DNA of 64,000 nt from Nemertoderma westbladi (Eukaryota > Animalia > Xenacoelomorpha): contig JAUCBJ010007104.1 in NCBI GenBank assembly GCA_032718475.1, positions 38,254-102,253 on the forward strand, written 5' to 3'. The notes beneath the pieces are model-generated. The model made no database searches. It saw only the letters and a list, made by a program, of their open reading frames with translations, and was not told the DNA's origin. The position numbers and the translations under genes were made by a program. Within the stretch, counting starts at the first letter, position 1. Each line of letters starts with the position of its first letter. Positions 13,913 to 27,543 of this stretch are shown here, piece by piece.

Positions 13913-14822
13913 TCATGTCTGCACATTTGCATAGCAACCCTCCGGAGGCATATACATCTTAGGAAATGTCAATAACTGCAACCGATTGAAGGCATACTTT
14001 GCGATACCGCAGTTTTTCCGCGCATTCTCCAGTCGTGTCCCGTTGCCTCGGAAACAATCCAACGCGTGGCGGAACTCTCCCGGGAGCGAGGAGAGATCGT
14101 GCTGCTCCGCCAGACACCGGCACTGCTCCAACGTTACCGACATCGAGGTGCGATCCTTCCCGGACTTGCAGCTGGTAAATCGAACCCCGCGACACCGCCT
14201 AACCAACTCGCCGCACAACTCCAGTAACTCCACGTTCTTTGACTTCTTCACGGATATAGACGCGCGGATAAACCCAGCGAGCGCGGTGCAACGTTCCTGC
14301 GCGTAGGAATCCAGGAACGACGAAGCATCTAGAGAGTACTCGATTAGAGCCTCGGTAAACTCGTTGTTGATTTCTTCCTGCAACGATGTGTCTCCAATCC
14401 GCTCCGCGAGAGTGGCTCGTTCGTTTATACCGATGGAGACAAGGGTCGGTCGCAGTTTAATTAGCTTCCCCGCCTGCAGATCTAACGGGATCGCTCTGAA
14501 CAACTCCTCTGGGATTGCCAACGACGCTATACAAGTAACCCGACCACCAGATAAACTCGGAATCCCAAAGTCACCTGGAACTATACGGATAGATAAATTG
14601 GATAGATCCTTTACCGCCACATAGAAATCCTGAATCATTCCCAGTTCCTGCAGATGGGGGGACAACAATGACTCGAATCCCAGAAGAATACCCGCAGAGG
14701 TTATCTGATCGAAGAATGCAGTACCGGCGCACTGGTGGGGGCTGTCGGTAGAGTTGCAGACACAGAGATTAGTAACTATCTTATTGTAAACACCACAAAG
14801 AACGGCAGGGATCATCTGTGAT
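13913..14822 (-). CDS. INPP4: Inositol polyphosphate 4-phosphatase, exon 4 (catalytic domain)
   Basis: Acceptor TTCTAG at 14824-14823, phase 2, giving RRDICR-SQMIP. Motifs FESLLS, IGINERATLAE, catalytic CX5R RFTSCKSGKDRTSMSVTLEQ, and C-terminal YAFNRLQLLTFPKMYMPPEG. Confidence 0.95.
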
Positions 14823-15088
14823 CTAGAAAAATTAAATATATAAATTATTAATTAATAAATGAAACTATTAGAAATGTGAAAAAATCGCAGAAAACAAGGG
14901 ACTAGCCAGAGCGAATCTCTGTTTAGCATCAATAAATAAGTAGCTAAATGAGTAGCAGTTTCCTTTGGGGAGTATAGTTGGGGGGGGGGGGGGGGGGGGG
15001 CACTGGAAATTCATTGTAAGTAAATCCAAAATCTACATAAAATAACTTTATGTTTATGTTCATTATTAATATAAAGTTACATACATAC

Positions 15089-16269
15089 CGACAAATATCT
15101 CTGCGTAGTGTGATGGACTCTAAAGTAGAGATGGAAGTTTGTCCTTCTATAAGAATAAGGAAGGTGAGTGCGCTCTGGGCTGCAACGTAGAGCTTTCTCG
15201 CGGACTTGGCGTAACGGTTGACTATGTACTGGAGATAATCGTTCCATTTGTTACCGGGATCGTGGCCGGCCTCCCCGTGGAGTTGGGCAAGGAACTGGGC
15301 GATGGGGCGGAACGATTGGAGGGAAGATGAGACGAGAATATCCCACGAGCTGTAGGGGGAGGTGGTTGGCAGGCGGCGCGGAAACAGGGGCTTAGGGGTG
15401 TCTTCTGATTGGGTGCTGGTTGGTGAAGCGGATGACGTTGAAGAGTTCGCGGATGATGTTTGGGGGCTTGCGGGCGGCGGTGTTGTTGATCTAAGGGTGG
15501 CTGCTCTTTTTGACGCGGCTATGGGGGATCGAAGGGGTGAGATGGTAGTCGACCTAGGGATGTGGGCGTGAGTGGCAGCTACTGAATGAAGTGGGGTTGT
15601 TCTGGCGCGGGGGATTGTGGGTGTTGAGTTGGGAGAGGACGCCGTTGTAGGTAAGGGGTTGTCGGGCTCACCGTTGGGGATTGTATCGGGGGAGGTAGCG
15701 AGAGGCGAGACTACTGTACTTGGCAGTTTAGTGGCGATGGGTGAGTGAACATATTGAGCGGGGCGGCAGGAATCCAGCCTCCTTGCTGACTGCTCCAGTA
15801 ACTCGTTGCTCGCCAACATTGTTAGTTGGGCTACTTTGTCTGCGAGCACCGCTCCATGGCCCAACACCGTCTGGGTGTCCAGCTGGTTCCCCGCATCAGA
15901 GACCAGTCTGCAGTAGGAGTCTACTGATGTCCACAACGCCTTTAAGTTGTCAACTAGGCTCTGAGCCCGACATATGGCGGAGTTCAAGTCAATTTGTTCA
16001 TTCATTTCTAGCAGTTTCTTCAAGCCACCCACTTTGTATTTCATTGAGTAGGCCGTCGGCGCTCCAAACGTGATGACGTCATACACCATGTCCACGCCCT
16101 TGGAAGGTTCTAGAACACGGCAGCGTTGTAGATGTAGATTCGTTGGCAGGAAGTCCAATTCCGTATCCGATTTACGGCTGCTCGCTTTGAACCAGGGGCC
16201 GTTGTAGTTGAACAGACTGCTAAGGTTTTCACAGAACCGCTTGATGAGAACTTTGTGGTTGTCTAGAGC
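15089..16269 (-). CDS. INPP4: INPP4 exon 3
   Basis: Acceptor CTTTTAG at 16271-16270. Reads ALDNHKVLIKRF...GPWFKASSRKSDTELDFLPTNLHLQR...YDVITFGAPTA...GGLKKLL (INPP4 motifs) and has a Pro/Ser/Thr-rich insert. Donor GTATGT at 15088. Confidence 0.9.
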
Positions 16270-16704
16270 CTAAAAGGGAAAAACCACAGATATAAAGAGA
16301 ACTTTGTGGTTGTCTAGAGCCTAAAAGGGAAAAACCACAGATATAAAGAGAACTTTGTGGTTGTCTAGAGCCTAAAAGGGAAAAACCACAGATATAAAGA
16401 GAACTTTGTGGTTGTCTAGAGCCTAAAAGGGAAAAACCACAGATATAAAGAGAACTTTGTGGTTGTCTAGAGCCTAAAAGGGAAAAACCACAGATATAAA
16501 GAGAACTTTGTGGTTGTCTAGAGCCTAAAAGGGAAAAACCACAGATATAAAGAGAACTTTGTGGTTGTCTAGAGCCTAAAAGGGAAAAACCACAGATATA
16601 AAGAGAACTTTGTGGTTGTCTAGAGCCTAAAAGGGAAAAACCACAGATATAAAGAGAACTTTGTGGTTGTCTAGAGCCTAAAAGGGAAAAACCACAGATA
16701 TAAA
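16246..16704. repeat. 9 perfect 51-bp tandem copies spanning the INPP4 intron-2/exon-3 junction
   Basis: Unit GAGAACTTTGTGGTTGTCTAGAGCCTAAAAGGGAAAAACCACAGATATAAA starting at 16246, 16297, ... 16654. On the minus strand each unit is 27 nt of intron end plus 24 nt of exon start. Confidence 0.97.
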
Positions 16705-16868
16705 ATAAAACTACAAGTTCTAACTCGACAATAAGTGCGCACGGTTCAGTAAATACAATATGGTTTAATTTTTCTCATAATATGATTATAATATGATTCT
16801 CATAATTATTCTTATTATTAAGAATAATTCTCATAATATGAAGCTGAAATGCGCTGATTTCAACTCAC

Positions 16869-17196
16869 CTCCTTCCTTATTAAATCGTGTTGGACATCCA
16901 GCAACCCGATGCTCTTCAGCCTATCAACCTCGTCCTCCTCTTCCTCCAACAGTAACTGTAGATACTGTTTGGGGACCTCGACGCTCAGCCTGCTCTCCAC
17001 CATGGACTCGATCACGGGTATGCGGTCGCCCGTGTGACTAACGAAGCGGTACTTCTGGGTGGTCACGTGACCCCACACAGACCGCCAGGGTCCCTTCAGC
17101 GAGTGGAAACAGTTCCGAGAGTTTCCGTTGGAGGCGCTCGGCTTCGTGGCTAAGCTATCGAGACTTCTCGCCAGGCTGTTGGTTTTCTTATAAGCG
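16869..17196 (-). CDS. INPP4: INPP4 exon 2
   Basis: Acceptor TTTCAG at 17198-17197 and donor GAG|GTGAGT at 16869/16868. Encodes QKYRF...VIESMVESRLSVEVPKQYLQLLLEEE, INPP4-like; phases agree with neighbouring exons. Confidence 0.88.
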
Positions 17197-17993
17197 CTGA
17201 AAGTTAAATAATTCATTTAACGGTGGTAAATAAATAAGATTCATTGTGCTGTGCTGACTGCTTGCAGGGTAGCAGAATGTCACAAAGTTACAAAATCCAA
17301 AGATTGTGGGCTACTGCTGCTACTTCTTAAAAGAGTCTATGACTTAGTATAAAACTATTTAAGTGGTGGCAAAAAAGTAGACCTTTTTTGTCGAGCGATA
17401 GGCCTATTCTTTGGCGAGCGTTGCGAGACAAATAAGAAAGCAAGACAAAAATGTTACTTTTTGCCACCACACTTACGCTGTTTTATTTGTTCTAAGTCTT
17501 CTCACTTTTATCTGGGCCTATTTCAGCATAAATATCGTCCATCGAAGCTTCTTCCATAGTGAAATACGGGCATTACTACACCTTGGGTGGGTACCCATAG
17601 TTAATTTTTTAATATAAAAAGGCTTTTATCATGAGGTTTTATTTCTAGAACAAATATTTGACCTTCTGACAGTACCGGTAGTATGGTAAAAAAAACAAAA
17701 ACAAAAATATTTATCAAAATTGATAACTACCGGTACCGGTAACACTTGTTCTATAACAATTATAAAAAAAAGTAGAAAAAACTAGCTAGTACTGCAGTAT
17801 AAGAAAGTATCTATTTAATCTATTACCGGTGTCTATTATCTATTTAAATGCAATATTATTATTAATGTCATGGAAACATTACTTTTTTGTTGACATAAAA
17901 AGTGTCCTTTTTTATCAAACTTGTTAACGACTTCGACAAAAAAGTGACTTACAACAAATAAAAATAATTAATTAAATCTGAATAAATGCTAAC

Positions 17994-19108
17994 CTAATCA
18001 TCCTATCGTCCGGAGCAAGTCTCATTCCGTGTTCGTCGAACAGACTGGTGGCTGATTGGCCAGAGAAAGCCGGGCTGGGAGAGCGGACGGGACTGCGGCT
18101 TCGGGCCAGGATGGGGCTGGCAGGAGGGCGGGTGGGGGTGGGGTCGGGGTCGGGGTTATGGTTCGAAACCCCAGGGAAGATAGACTGCCAAGCCAGAACG
18201 TTGATGTATCCAATAGGAATACCTTCAGCGGATTGAATAGAAGCCGTAAACTGATTAGTTTGCAGCAAATCCGCGAGAGTAAAGGTCGCCTGTCCCATAT
18301 AATCTGATCGGTCTTCCACGCATTCGTAAACCGCGAGTTTTAATCGCGTAATCGGAGAGAGAAAAGATTGAGAAGCGAAAACTACGGATGTTAGGAAGGA
18401 AGGGTTGGAACAGTCAGATATTGTCTCGGTTTGCGCGTGTTTAGTCCAGTACGTACTGGGTGGTGTTGTGTAACTAACTACAATGTAGGTGCTAGGTGTG
18501 TCTACAGCGCCAGCATTGAACTTACAACCCATAGCCATTTCCAAAGGAGGTTCTTCAATGTTAGACTCGGTATCCATGTTCTCTAAAGGAGAACTAGAGC
18601 GTCTAATAGCGGGGTCTAGCGTTGGGTCTCTGCCTGTTTTACTAATTATTTGTTGACGTAGGTTCTGATACGTGTTGTTTAGGTGTTCGTAGCTACAATT
18701 ATCCAGGACGTTTGTCCATGCGCGGTATTCATGCTCGTCCGGCGCACACAACACACACCGATTATAAGAATCGTAATTTATAGCAAAAAGGAAAGGTCTG
18801 TCCCCTGCGATATTTCGTTCCAGGGTGTACTTCTCTAAAACTAATAATGAGGTCGGCTCCGTTCCAGATAAAGGGCGATTCCATCCTTTAAATAAAAATA
18901 AAAGGTTTCCTTTTAATCTGCAGAAATGTTCGCAGTAACTATTAGGCTTAGATTTGTGTTTATGGGATTTTGCGCTATCGCTTTTATGTGATTTTGTGAG
19001 TTTTATGTCGGATTTTGATTCGCACTGAACGAAAAGGACGCCTTCTTTGTCGTAAACATCTTCGGCCAGATTGGCCACAGCGACTAATTCTTTCGAGTTG
19101 AACTTCAT
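17994..19108 (-). CDS. INPP4: INPP4 exon 1 (PH-like and C2 domains)
   Basis: ATG at 19108 (MKFNSKEL). PH-like DKEGVL...CRLKGNLLF and C2-like HAQTETI...NPSFLTSVVF...TRLKLAVYE. Donor AG|GTTAG at 17994/17993. The four exons sum to 3534 nt (~1177 aa). Confidence 0.87.
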
Positions 19109-20669
19109 CCAGAAGTCAGTACTACAGCAGTAAGACCAACTGACCAAGGCAGCAAGCAGCAACGTGCGGTTTTGTTTACTGAGATTACAGGCAGACAGGC
19201 AAACCGGTACCGGTCTGCCGTTAGTGCAGTAGTGCGCAGTAGTGGGTAGGCCAGTCTGCCAGTAGGCCTAGTCCAGTCTGCCAGTAGTCCTGTACTACCT
19301 AGGCCTGTCGATTGCTGGATTCTGGGATTGATGTGCAAACAAACCATAAACAATCCGCCTGTCCGTACGCCTGTACGCGTAGCAGCATAGGCTTACTGCT
19401 GTAGCAACTTATCAATTCAATTAATTACCGTTATTTGAATTTAGATGTTACCGGTATCATTAAATTTATTTAAGTTATTAACTGATTAACAGAAGTACTA
19501 CTGACTACTGCAGTACTGACAGACTGACTGATATTGTACACCAACCCGCCGGTGTCAGCAGGAAGTACTACTTCCGATACGCCGCTACCGGTACAGGAAC
19601 TACTGCACAACAGTCAACAGTGCAACAGACTAATACATAATAGAAATGAGACAGAGGGAAACTACCGGTACTAGACTACTGTACCGGTACTACGCAAATC
19701 CCATATACTGATATAGGCGAAATTAATATTTCAATCTCTTCTAAGATAATTAACAATAAAGACTGAATAATAATTCTCATTTGAGGCAGTGAGGATGAAG
19801 AGAGTAAATGTCACAATGGCATGTTATTCGATATTCGAACCAAAACAATAAAGGAGAGTCAATCTGTCAATAGCTGTGGTTAATTTTCATTTTTGTTTGT
19901 ACCTAAATAGAGAAAAAGGATAACATTAGATATTGAGGTAGAGCCGAATGCAATTTTAGCTCATTTGCTTTACCTCAATCTGTCAATAAACTATCTTGCA
20001 TTCTTGCACTCCCTCAATTTATTGTCTATCTGTCTGTCAGCACTTGAGATGGTTGATGTAATAATAAACTTAATAATGATACTGTCAGACTGTGTAATAA
20101 GTCTTAATACAATAACAGAATAAACGTAATACAGTAATATCTTTCTGTCGGTCTATCTGTCTGCCTGCCTATATCGATCGATAGTATGAACTTTCGAATG
20201 GGAAATATTACGAATGCCTGTTACGTTTACCATACCAACTGGTTGTTTGTTATGGTGGGTGACATTGTAAGAAGAATGTGTAATAAGAGTTATGTGTTAA
20301 GTAGGTGCTAAGTAGGTATTATTCAGTGGCGTGGTCAGGCCATACATCTATTCGGGAAAATTCCCGGGCCCCCTTGACGATCTGGGCCCCTCGGGCCCCC
20401 CAGTGGTAGAAAATTATATTGATGTTAGAAAAAAATATAGTAGTAGGTATTACGTTTTTCCAATAAAATATAAGCAACGAAACCAAAACAATAGCTACAA
20501 AGGCTTCCTGTCGCAGTGAGCAAGCACAGCACTAATCTAAGAGGGGTGGAGAGGATGAGGGGGGGGGGGGGGGGGGTAGTAAACGTTGGTAGGAGCACAT
20601 ACCAGTATTATTATATTTTGAAAAAGTCCCCTCAGGCGTCAAGCAAGGCAAACAGTGTTGAAGTTGAAT

Positions 20670-20795
20670 TGGTATTTGGTATTGGTATTGGTATTGGTAT
20701 TGGTATTGGTATTGGTATTGGTATTGGTATTGGTATTGGTATTGGTATTGGTATTGGTATTGGTATTGGTATTGGTAATGGTATTGGTATTGGTA
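20670..20795 (+). repeat. (GGTATT)n microsatellite, module 1
   Basis: About 20 hexamer units directly upstream of satellite array 1. Confidence 0.95.
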
Positions 20796-20799
20796 TATA

Positions 20800-23700
20800 T
20801 TGGAAAATATACAATATTTTGGACAAATTGCCCGGAAATCCGGACATTTTGTCCGGATTTTTGGATGTCAGGACATCGTAGTGCCTGGATGTCGAACATC
20901 GTAGTGCCCGGATGTCCGGACATCCGGACGTCCGGGCGACTTTGGAACAGTCAAATAGACAGACAGACAAGTTTAATGGACACCCAGATTTTCAGAATTC
21001 CGGACAATATTTTGGAGAAATTGCCCGGAATTCCGGACATTTTGGCCGAATTTTTTGATGTCCGGGCATTCTAGCGCCCGGGCGTCCGGACATCCGGACG
21101 TCCGGGCGAATTTGGAACAGTCAAATAGGCAGACAGACAGTTTAAAGGACAACAAGATTTTAAGAATTCCGGACAATATTTTGGAGAAATTGCCCGGAAT
21201 TCCGGACATTTTGGCCGTATTTTTTGATGTCCGGGCATTCTAGTGCCCGGGCTCCGGACATCCGGACGTCCGGGCGACTTTAGAACAGTCAAATAGGCAG
21301 ACAGACAGTTTAAAAGATTCCAGATTTAGAGAATTCCGGGCCGTATTTTTGAGAAATTGCACGGAATTCCGGACATATTGGCCGGATTTTTGGGTGTCCG
21401 GGCATTCTAGTGCGCGGGTGTCCGGACATCCGGACGTCCGGGCAACCATGGAACAGTCAAATAGACAGACGGACAAGTTTAATGAATAGCCAGATTTTCA
21501 GAATTCCGGACAATATTTTCGAGAAATTGCCCGGAATTCCGGACATTTTGGCCCTATTTCTTGATGTCCGGGCATTCTAGTGCTCGGGCGTCCGGACATC
21601 CGGACGTCCGGGCGACCTTGGAACAGTCTAATAGACAGACGGACATGTTTAATGGACACCCAGATTTTCAGAATTTCTGACAATATTTTGGAGAAATTGC
21701 CCGGAATTCCGGACATTTTGGCCGTATTTTTTGATGTCCGGGCATTCTAGTGCCCGGGCGTCCGGACATCCGGACGTCCGGGCGACCTTGGAACAGTCAA
21801 ATAGACAGACGGACAAGTTTAATGGACACCCAGATTTTCAGAATTCCGGACAATATTTTGGAGAAATTGCCCGGAATTCCGGACATTTTGGCCGTATTTT
21901 TTGATGTCCGGGCATTCTAGTGCCCGGGCATGCGGTCATCCGGACGTCCAGACGAATTTGGAACAGTCAAATAGGCAGACAGACAGTTTAAAGGACAACA
22001 AGATTTTAAGAATTCCGGACAATATTTTGGAGAAATTGCCCGGAATTCCGGACATTTTGGCCGTATTTTTTTGATGTCCGGGCATTCTAGTGCCCGGGCT
22101 CCGGACATCCGGACGTCCGGGCGACTTTAGAACAGTCAAATAGGCAGACAGACAGTTTAAAAGATTCCAGATTTAGAGAATTCCGGGCCGTATTTTTGAG
22201 AAATTGCCCGGAATTCCGGACATATTGGCCGGATTTTTGGGTGTCCGGGCATTCTAGTGCGCGGGTGTCCGGACATCCGGACGTCCGGGCAACCATGGAA
22301 CAGTCAAATAGACAGACGGACAAGTTTAATGAATAGCCAGATTTTCAGAATTCCGGACAATATTTTCGAGAAATTGCCCGGAATTCCGGACATTTTGGCC
22401 GTATTTCTTGATGTCCGGGCATTCTAGTGCTCGGGCGTCCGGACATCTGGACGTCCGGGCGACCTTGGAACAGTCTAATAGACAGACGGACATGTTTAAT
22501 GGACACCCAGATTTTCAGAATTTCTGACAATATTTTGGAGAAATTGCCCGGAATTCTGGACATTTTGGCCGTATTTTTTGATGTCCGGGCATTCTAGTGC
22601 CCGGACATCCGGACGTCCGGACGAATTTGGAACAGTCAAATAGGCAGACAGACAGTTTAAAGGACAACCAGATTTTAAGAATTCCGGACAGTTCTTTTAA
22701 ATTTCCCGGAAATCTGGACATTTTGTCCGGATTTTTGGATGTCCGGGCATCGTAGTGCCCGGATGTCCGGACATCCGGACGTCAGGGCGACCTTGGAACA
22801 ATCAAATAGACAGACAGACAAGTTTAATGGACACCCAGATTTTCAGAATTCCGGACAATATTTTGGAGAAATTGCCCGGAATTCCGGATATTTTGGCCGT
22901 ATTTTTTGATCTCCGGGCATTCTAGTGCCCGGGCGTCCGGACATCCGGACGTCCGGGCGACCTTGGAACAGTCAAATAGACAGACGGACAAGTTTAATGG
23001 ACACCCAGATTTTCAGAATTCCGGACAATATTTTGGAGAAATTGCCCGGAATTCCGGACATTTTGGCCGTATTTTTTGATGTCCGGGCATTCTAGTGCCC
23101 GGGCATGCGGCCATCCGGACGTCCAGACGAATTTGGAACAGTCAAATAGGCAGACAGACAGTTTAAAGGACAACCAGATTTTAAGAATTCCAGACAGTTC
23201 TTTTAAATTGCCCGGAAATCCGGACATTTTGTCCGGATTTTTGGGTGTCCGGGCATCGTAGTGCCCGGATGTCCGGACATACGGACGTCCGGGCGACCTT
23301 GGAACAGTCAAATAGACAGACAGACAAGTTTAATGGACACCCAGATTTTCAGAATTCCGGACAATATTTTGGAGAAATTGCCCGGAATTCCGGACATTTT
23401 GGCCGTATTTTTTTATGTCCGGGCATTCTAGTGCGCGGGCGTCCGGACATCCGGACGTCCGGGCAACCATGGAAAAGTCAAATAGACAGACGGACAAGTT
23501 TAATGAATAGCCAGATTTACAGAATTCCGGACAATATTTTAGAGAAACTGCCCGGAAATCCGGACATTTTGGCCGTATTTTTTGATGTCCGGGCATTCTA
23601 GTGCCCGGGCTTCCGGACATCCGGACGTACGGGCGACTTTGGAACAGTCAAATAGGCAGACAGACAGTTTAACAGATTCCAGATTTAGAGAATTCCGGAC

Positions 23701-25085
23701 AGAATTTTGGAGAAATTTCCCGGAATTCCGGACATTTTGGCCGGATTTTTGGGTGTCCGGGCATCCTAGTGCCCGGACGTCCGGTCGTCCGGGCGACTTT
23801 GGAACAGTCAAATAGGCAGACAGAAAAATTCAAATGAAACGCAGATTTACAGAATTCCGGACAATATTTTGGACAACTTGCCCGCAAATCCGGGCATTTT
23901 GGCCGGATTTTTGGTTGTCCGGCCATCCTAGAGCCCGGACTTTCGAACATCCGGACGTACGGGCGAATTTGCAACAGTCAAATAGGCAGACAGACAGTTT
24001 AAAGGACACCCAGATTTAGAGAATTCCGGACAGTATTTTGGAATTACCCGGAAATCCGCACATTTTGGCCGGTTTTTTGGGTGTCCGGGAATCCTAGTGC
24101 CCGGACGTCCGGTCGTCTGGGCGACTTTGGAACAGCCAAATAGGCAGACAGAAAAATTCAAATGAAACGCAGATTTACAGAATTCCGGACAATATTTTGG
24201 ACAACTTGCCCGCAAATCCGGGCATTTTGGCCAGATTTTTGGTTGTCCGGCCATCCTAGAGCCCGGACTTTCGAACATCCGGACGTCCGGGCGACTTTGG
24301 AACAGTCAAACAGGCAGACAGACAATTTTATTGGACAGCCAGATTTACAGAATTCCGGACAATATTTTGGAGAAACTGCCCGGAAATCCGGACGTTTTGG
24401 CCGTATTTTTTGATGTCCGGGCATTCTAGTGCCCGGGCGTCCGGACATACGGACGTCCAGGCGAATTTGGGTCCAGGCGAATTTGGAACAGTCAAATAGG
24501 CATTTTGGAATTGCCCGGAATTCCGGACATTTTTTCCGGAGTTTTGGGTGTCCGGGCATCCTAGTGCCCGGACGTCCGGTCGTCCGGGCGACTTTGGAAC
24601 AATCAAATAGGCAGACAGAAAAATTTAAAGGAAACACAGATTTACAGAATTCCGGACAATATTTTGTACAAATTGCCTAGAAATCCGGACATTTAGGCCG
24701 GATTTTAGTATCTCCGGGCATACTAGTGCCCGGGCGTCCGGACATCCGGAGGACTTTGGAACGGGTAAACAGTCGGACAGACAAGTTTAATAGACGACCG
24801 GATTTACCGAATTCCGAACAGTAATTTGGACAAATTTGCCCGTATATCGTGACATTTTGCCGGATTTATGGATGTCCGGGTCTTCAAGTGCCCAGGCATC
24901 CGGGCGACTTTGGAACGGTCAAATAGTCGGACAGACAAGATTAATGGACGCCCAGATTTACAGAATTTCGGACAGTAATTTGGACAGTTTCCCGGACATA
25001 CAGAGATTTTGTTCGGATTTATGGACGTGTGGGCATCCTAATGCCCGGACATCCAGTCAACTAGACGTTCAGCAAGACAATCGGA
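20800..25085. repeat. CpG-rich satellite array 1 (~170-bp monomer, 847-bp higher-order repeat)
   Basis: AATGGACACC recurs at 21651 and 21821 (170 bp). Variant blocks recur at an 847-bp offset (21240/22087, 21498/22345) and a 328-bp offset (23834/24162). Rich in TCCGGA, CCCGGG and GAATTC. Confidence 0.95.
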
Positions 25086-25929
25086 AGTTATATAAGATTA
25101 ATTAATTAATTATTGGTAATATTATGTCAACAACTGATATAAACCGAATATTTGAAACACACAAAGTTAACATAATATTAGTTCAGGAAATAAGCAGCTT
25201 TACAGCACTATTATTATATCGATAATAATTAATTAGTTCTAATTAATATAAATTATCAATCGCGAGTCTCCAATACAAATTGACAGTTCAACTTGGTAGA
25301 AACCCATCTCTATGCAGTGTCTGTAGTATTAGCGACGTTGTGTAGAGCTTCTTCAATGTCCTAAAAATATTAACAATAATTAAGTTTACATATAGATCGA
25401 TAATTAGAGCTAGAAAGAAAACATTTTGTTTTCAGCTATCTACTTGTGCGACATATAGCAGATGTAATAAAAGATGAAATGTTTGATGACTATGAGATTG
25501 GCGCTTTCAAAGTCGGAGCGCCATGTTTACTATCATTAGCAAGCCATAGATACAATGTAAATCAAATTGTGAAAAAATTCAATCCACCAAGTTTATTTTT
25601 TCCTGATAACTTTAATTGTTCATATTTAATTTTAGTCATAAATAATATGGACATAGATTCACATATAAGAGGCAATGCATATTGGACCTCTTTACAGAGA
25701 GCTTCGGTTAAAGACCCATACAAATAAACATTGTCCTAAAGGGGAAGGGGGGGGGGGGGGGTGGTGTCACATCAAAGGTAAACCAGTGTCTAACTATATT
25801 TTAATTATCTGCATTCCATCACGTGTATTTCTATTTATTATTACGCCCTTTAGTACGGTAGTACATGCAATTATAACACGATTGTTACCAATGTGTTACA
25901 AGACTACTATGGTATACCTTTTACTTTAT

Positions 25930-26088
25930 GCTGAATCTGTGTTTCCAAAGCAGTTGAGTAGGCTGAATTTGTGTTTCATTGGTAGTTGAGTAGGCTGAAT
26001 TTGCGTTTCATTGGTAGTTGAGTAGGCTGAATTTGTGTTTCATTGGTAGTTGAGTAGACTGAATTTGCGTTTCCCAGGTAGTTGAGTA
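25930..26088. repeat. 32-bp minisatellite, ~5 copies
   Basis: Unit GTTGAGTAGGCTGAATTTGTGTTTCATTGGTA, period 32 (25953 to 25985). Confidence 0.85.
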
Positions 26089-27330
26089 CAAATAGGAAGA
26101 CAGACAAGTTTACTGGAATCCCATAATTTCCGAATTCCGGACACTCAGTTTGAACAATATATCCCAGAAATACAGACATTTTGCCGGATTTTTGGATGGC
26201 CGGGGATCCTAGTGCCGGGCGTACCGGACATACGGACGACATTGGAACAGACAAATAGGCAGATAAGATAGATTCCAAATATGAAAACCGATTTTAAATA
26301 TCTTTACTTGTTCTTGAGATATTGGAGTTTAAATACAACGTCTTTGGAATTTATTTAATGAATTTGGTGAAAAAAAATTAAGGTTAACTTGTATATAAGG
26401 ATTAATTATTGATATTAATCCTTGCATAATCGTTATATATAACAAAATATTTGAAACTCCTAAAGTTATTTAACATAAAATCAGTTCAAGTAAATATGCA
26501 ATTACATCACAATTTAGCTGATCCAACTCAAAGTTGATTTGCATTTAGTCTCGATATAGTAGCTGTCCTACTAACAACACATTGTAACCTCCCCATAGAC
26601 AGTCATTAACATTGGATATACTAGGGCTCTGATTGCTTGGCTGACTATCTCACATGTTTTTATTTATAAATTAAATTCGAATCCAAGGACAATTTGGTTG
26701 ATGTTTTGTATTAAAACCTATGTAAACCTCGTTCTATTAAACCAAAATTTATGTTTGATAGCTTATTAGAAAGCTACGTTATTCGGGATTATTAATATGT
26801 AAAAAACTCTTTATAACTCTTTAGGGAAGTTACTCGTTAATGTGATTTTATATAAAATGGCATTACGACCAGAACGCGTTGCGTTGATTATGAAGTGAAA
26901 ATATTTGGTTGAGATACAAAAATTGTATAAAATTTTATTAAATAAAACATATTTTGTTGGTAAACAAACGTACTGGACGCAAATCTGCAAATGTTATCCA
27001 GAAGTTTTTACATGAAAAGTAAATAACTTTATATTAATATATTATATTATATAATAATACAACAATATTACATGAAAGCGCCACTTATACAATGAATAGT
27101 AAATTGTATTACAATGTGATCAACTAACAATAAATAAATCCCAAACTAAATTAACTAATAATATATAACAAAGGACAATAAAAATAGCGCTGGAACCGCT
27201 TTGCTAGTTGCTCTACTAACTAAAAATTTAACAGAATCAATTAAATAACCTTCGGCATGGTAAGATAGGAATGGTGTCAGTGAAAAACAATAAAATAGTG
27301 TGTTAGTATCAGCCCTTTAATAGTGAGACA

Positions 27331-27543
27331 GGGGGGGGGGGGGGGGGGGACTGGACGTAAAACCCGTCTTGGAGAATTAATATACCGTCTCAATGTTAAA
27401 TTCTCTATTTAGGGAAAGGAGCAGGTTACAGTGGCACGTTATTTTAACCAAAACAATAAACTAAACACAATAGAATAGGTTACAGTTTTATTTTTGAGAG
27501 TAATCATCTGTTATTTGCGTCCAGTCCCCCCCCCCCCCCCCCC
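27331..27543. mobile_element. MITE-like element with poly-G/poly-C inverted ends (second copy 53287-53507)
   Basis: Ends are G(n)ACTGGACGTAA and TTGCGTCCAGTC(n). No clear TSD. Confidence 0.5.

Noticed and set aside
20324-20405. CAGTGGCGT hAT-like terminus before module 1
   Set aside because: No matching inverted end or 8-bp TSD found in the window.
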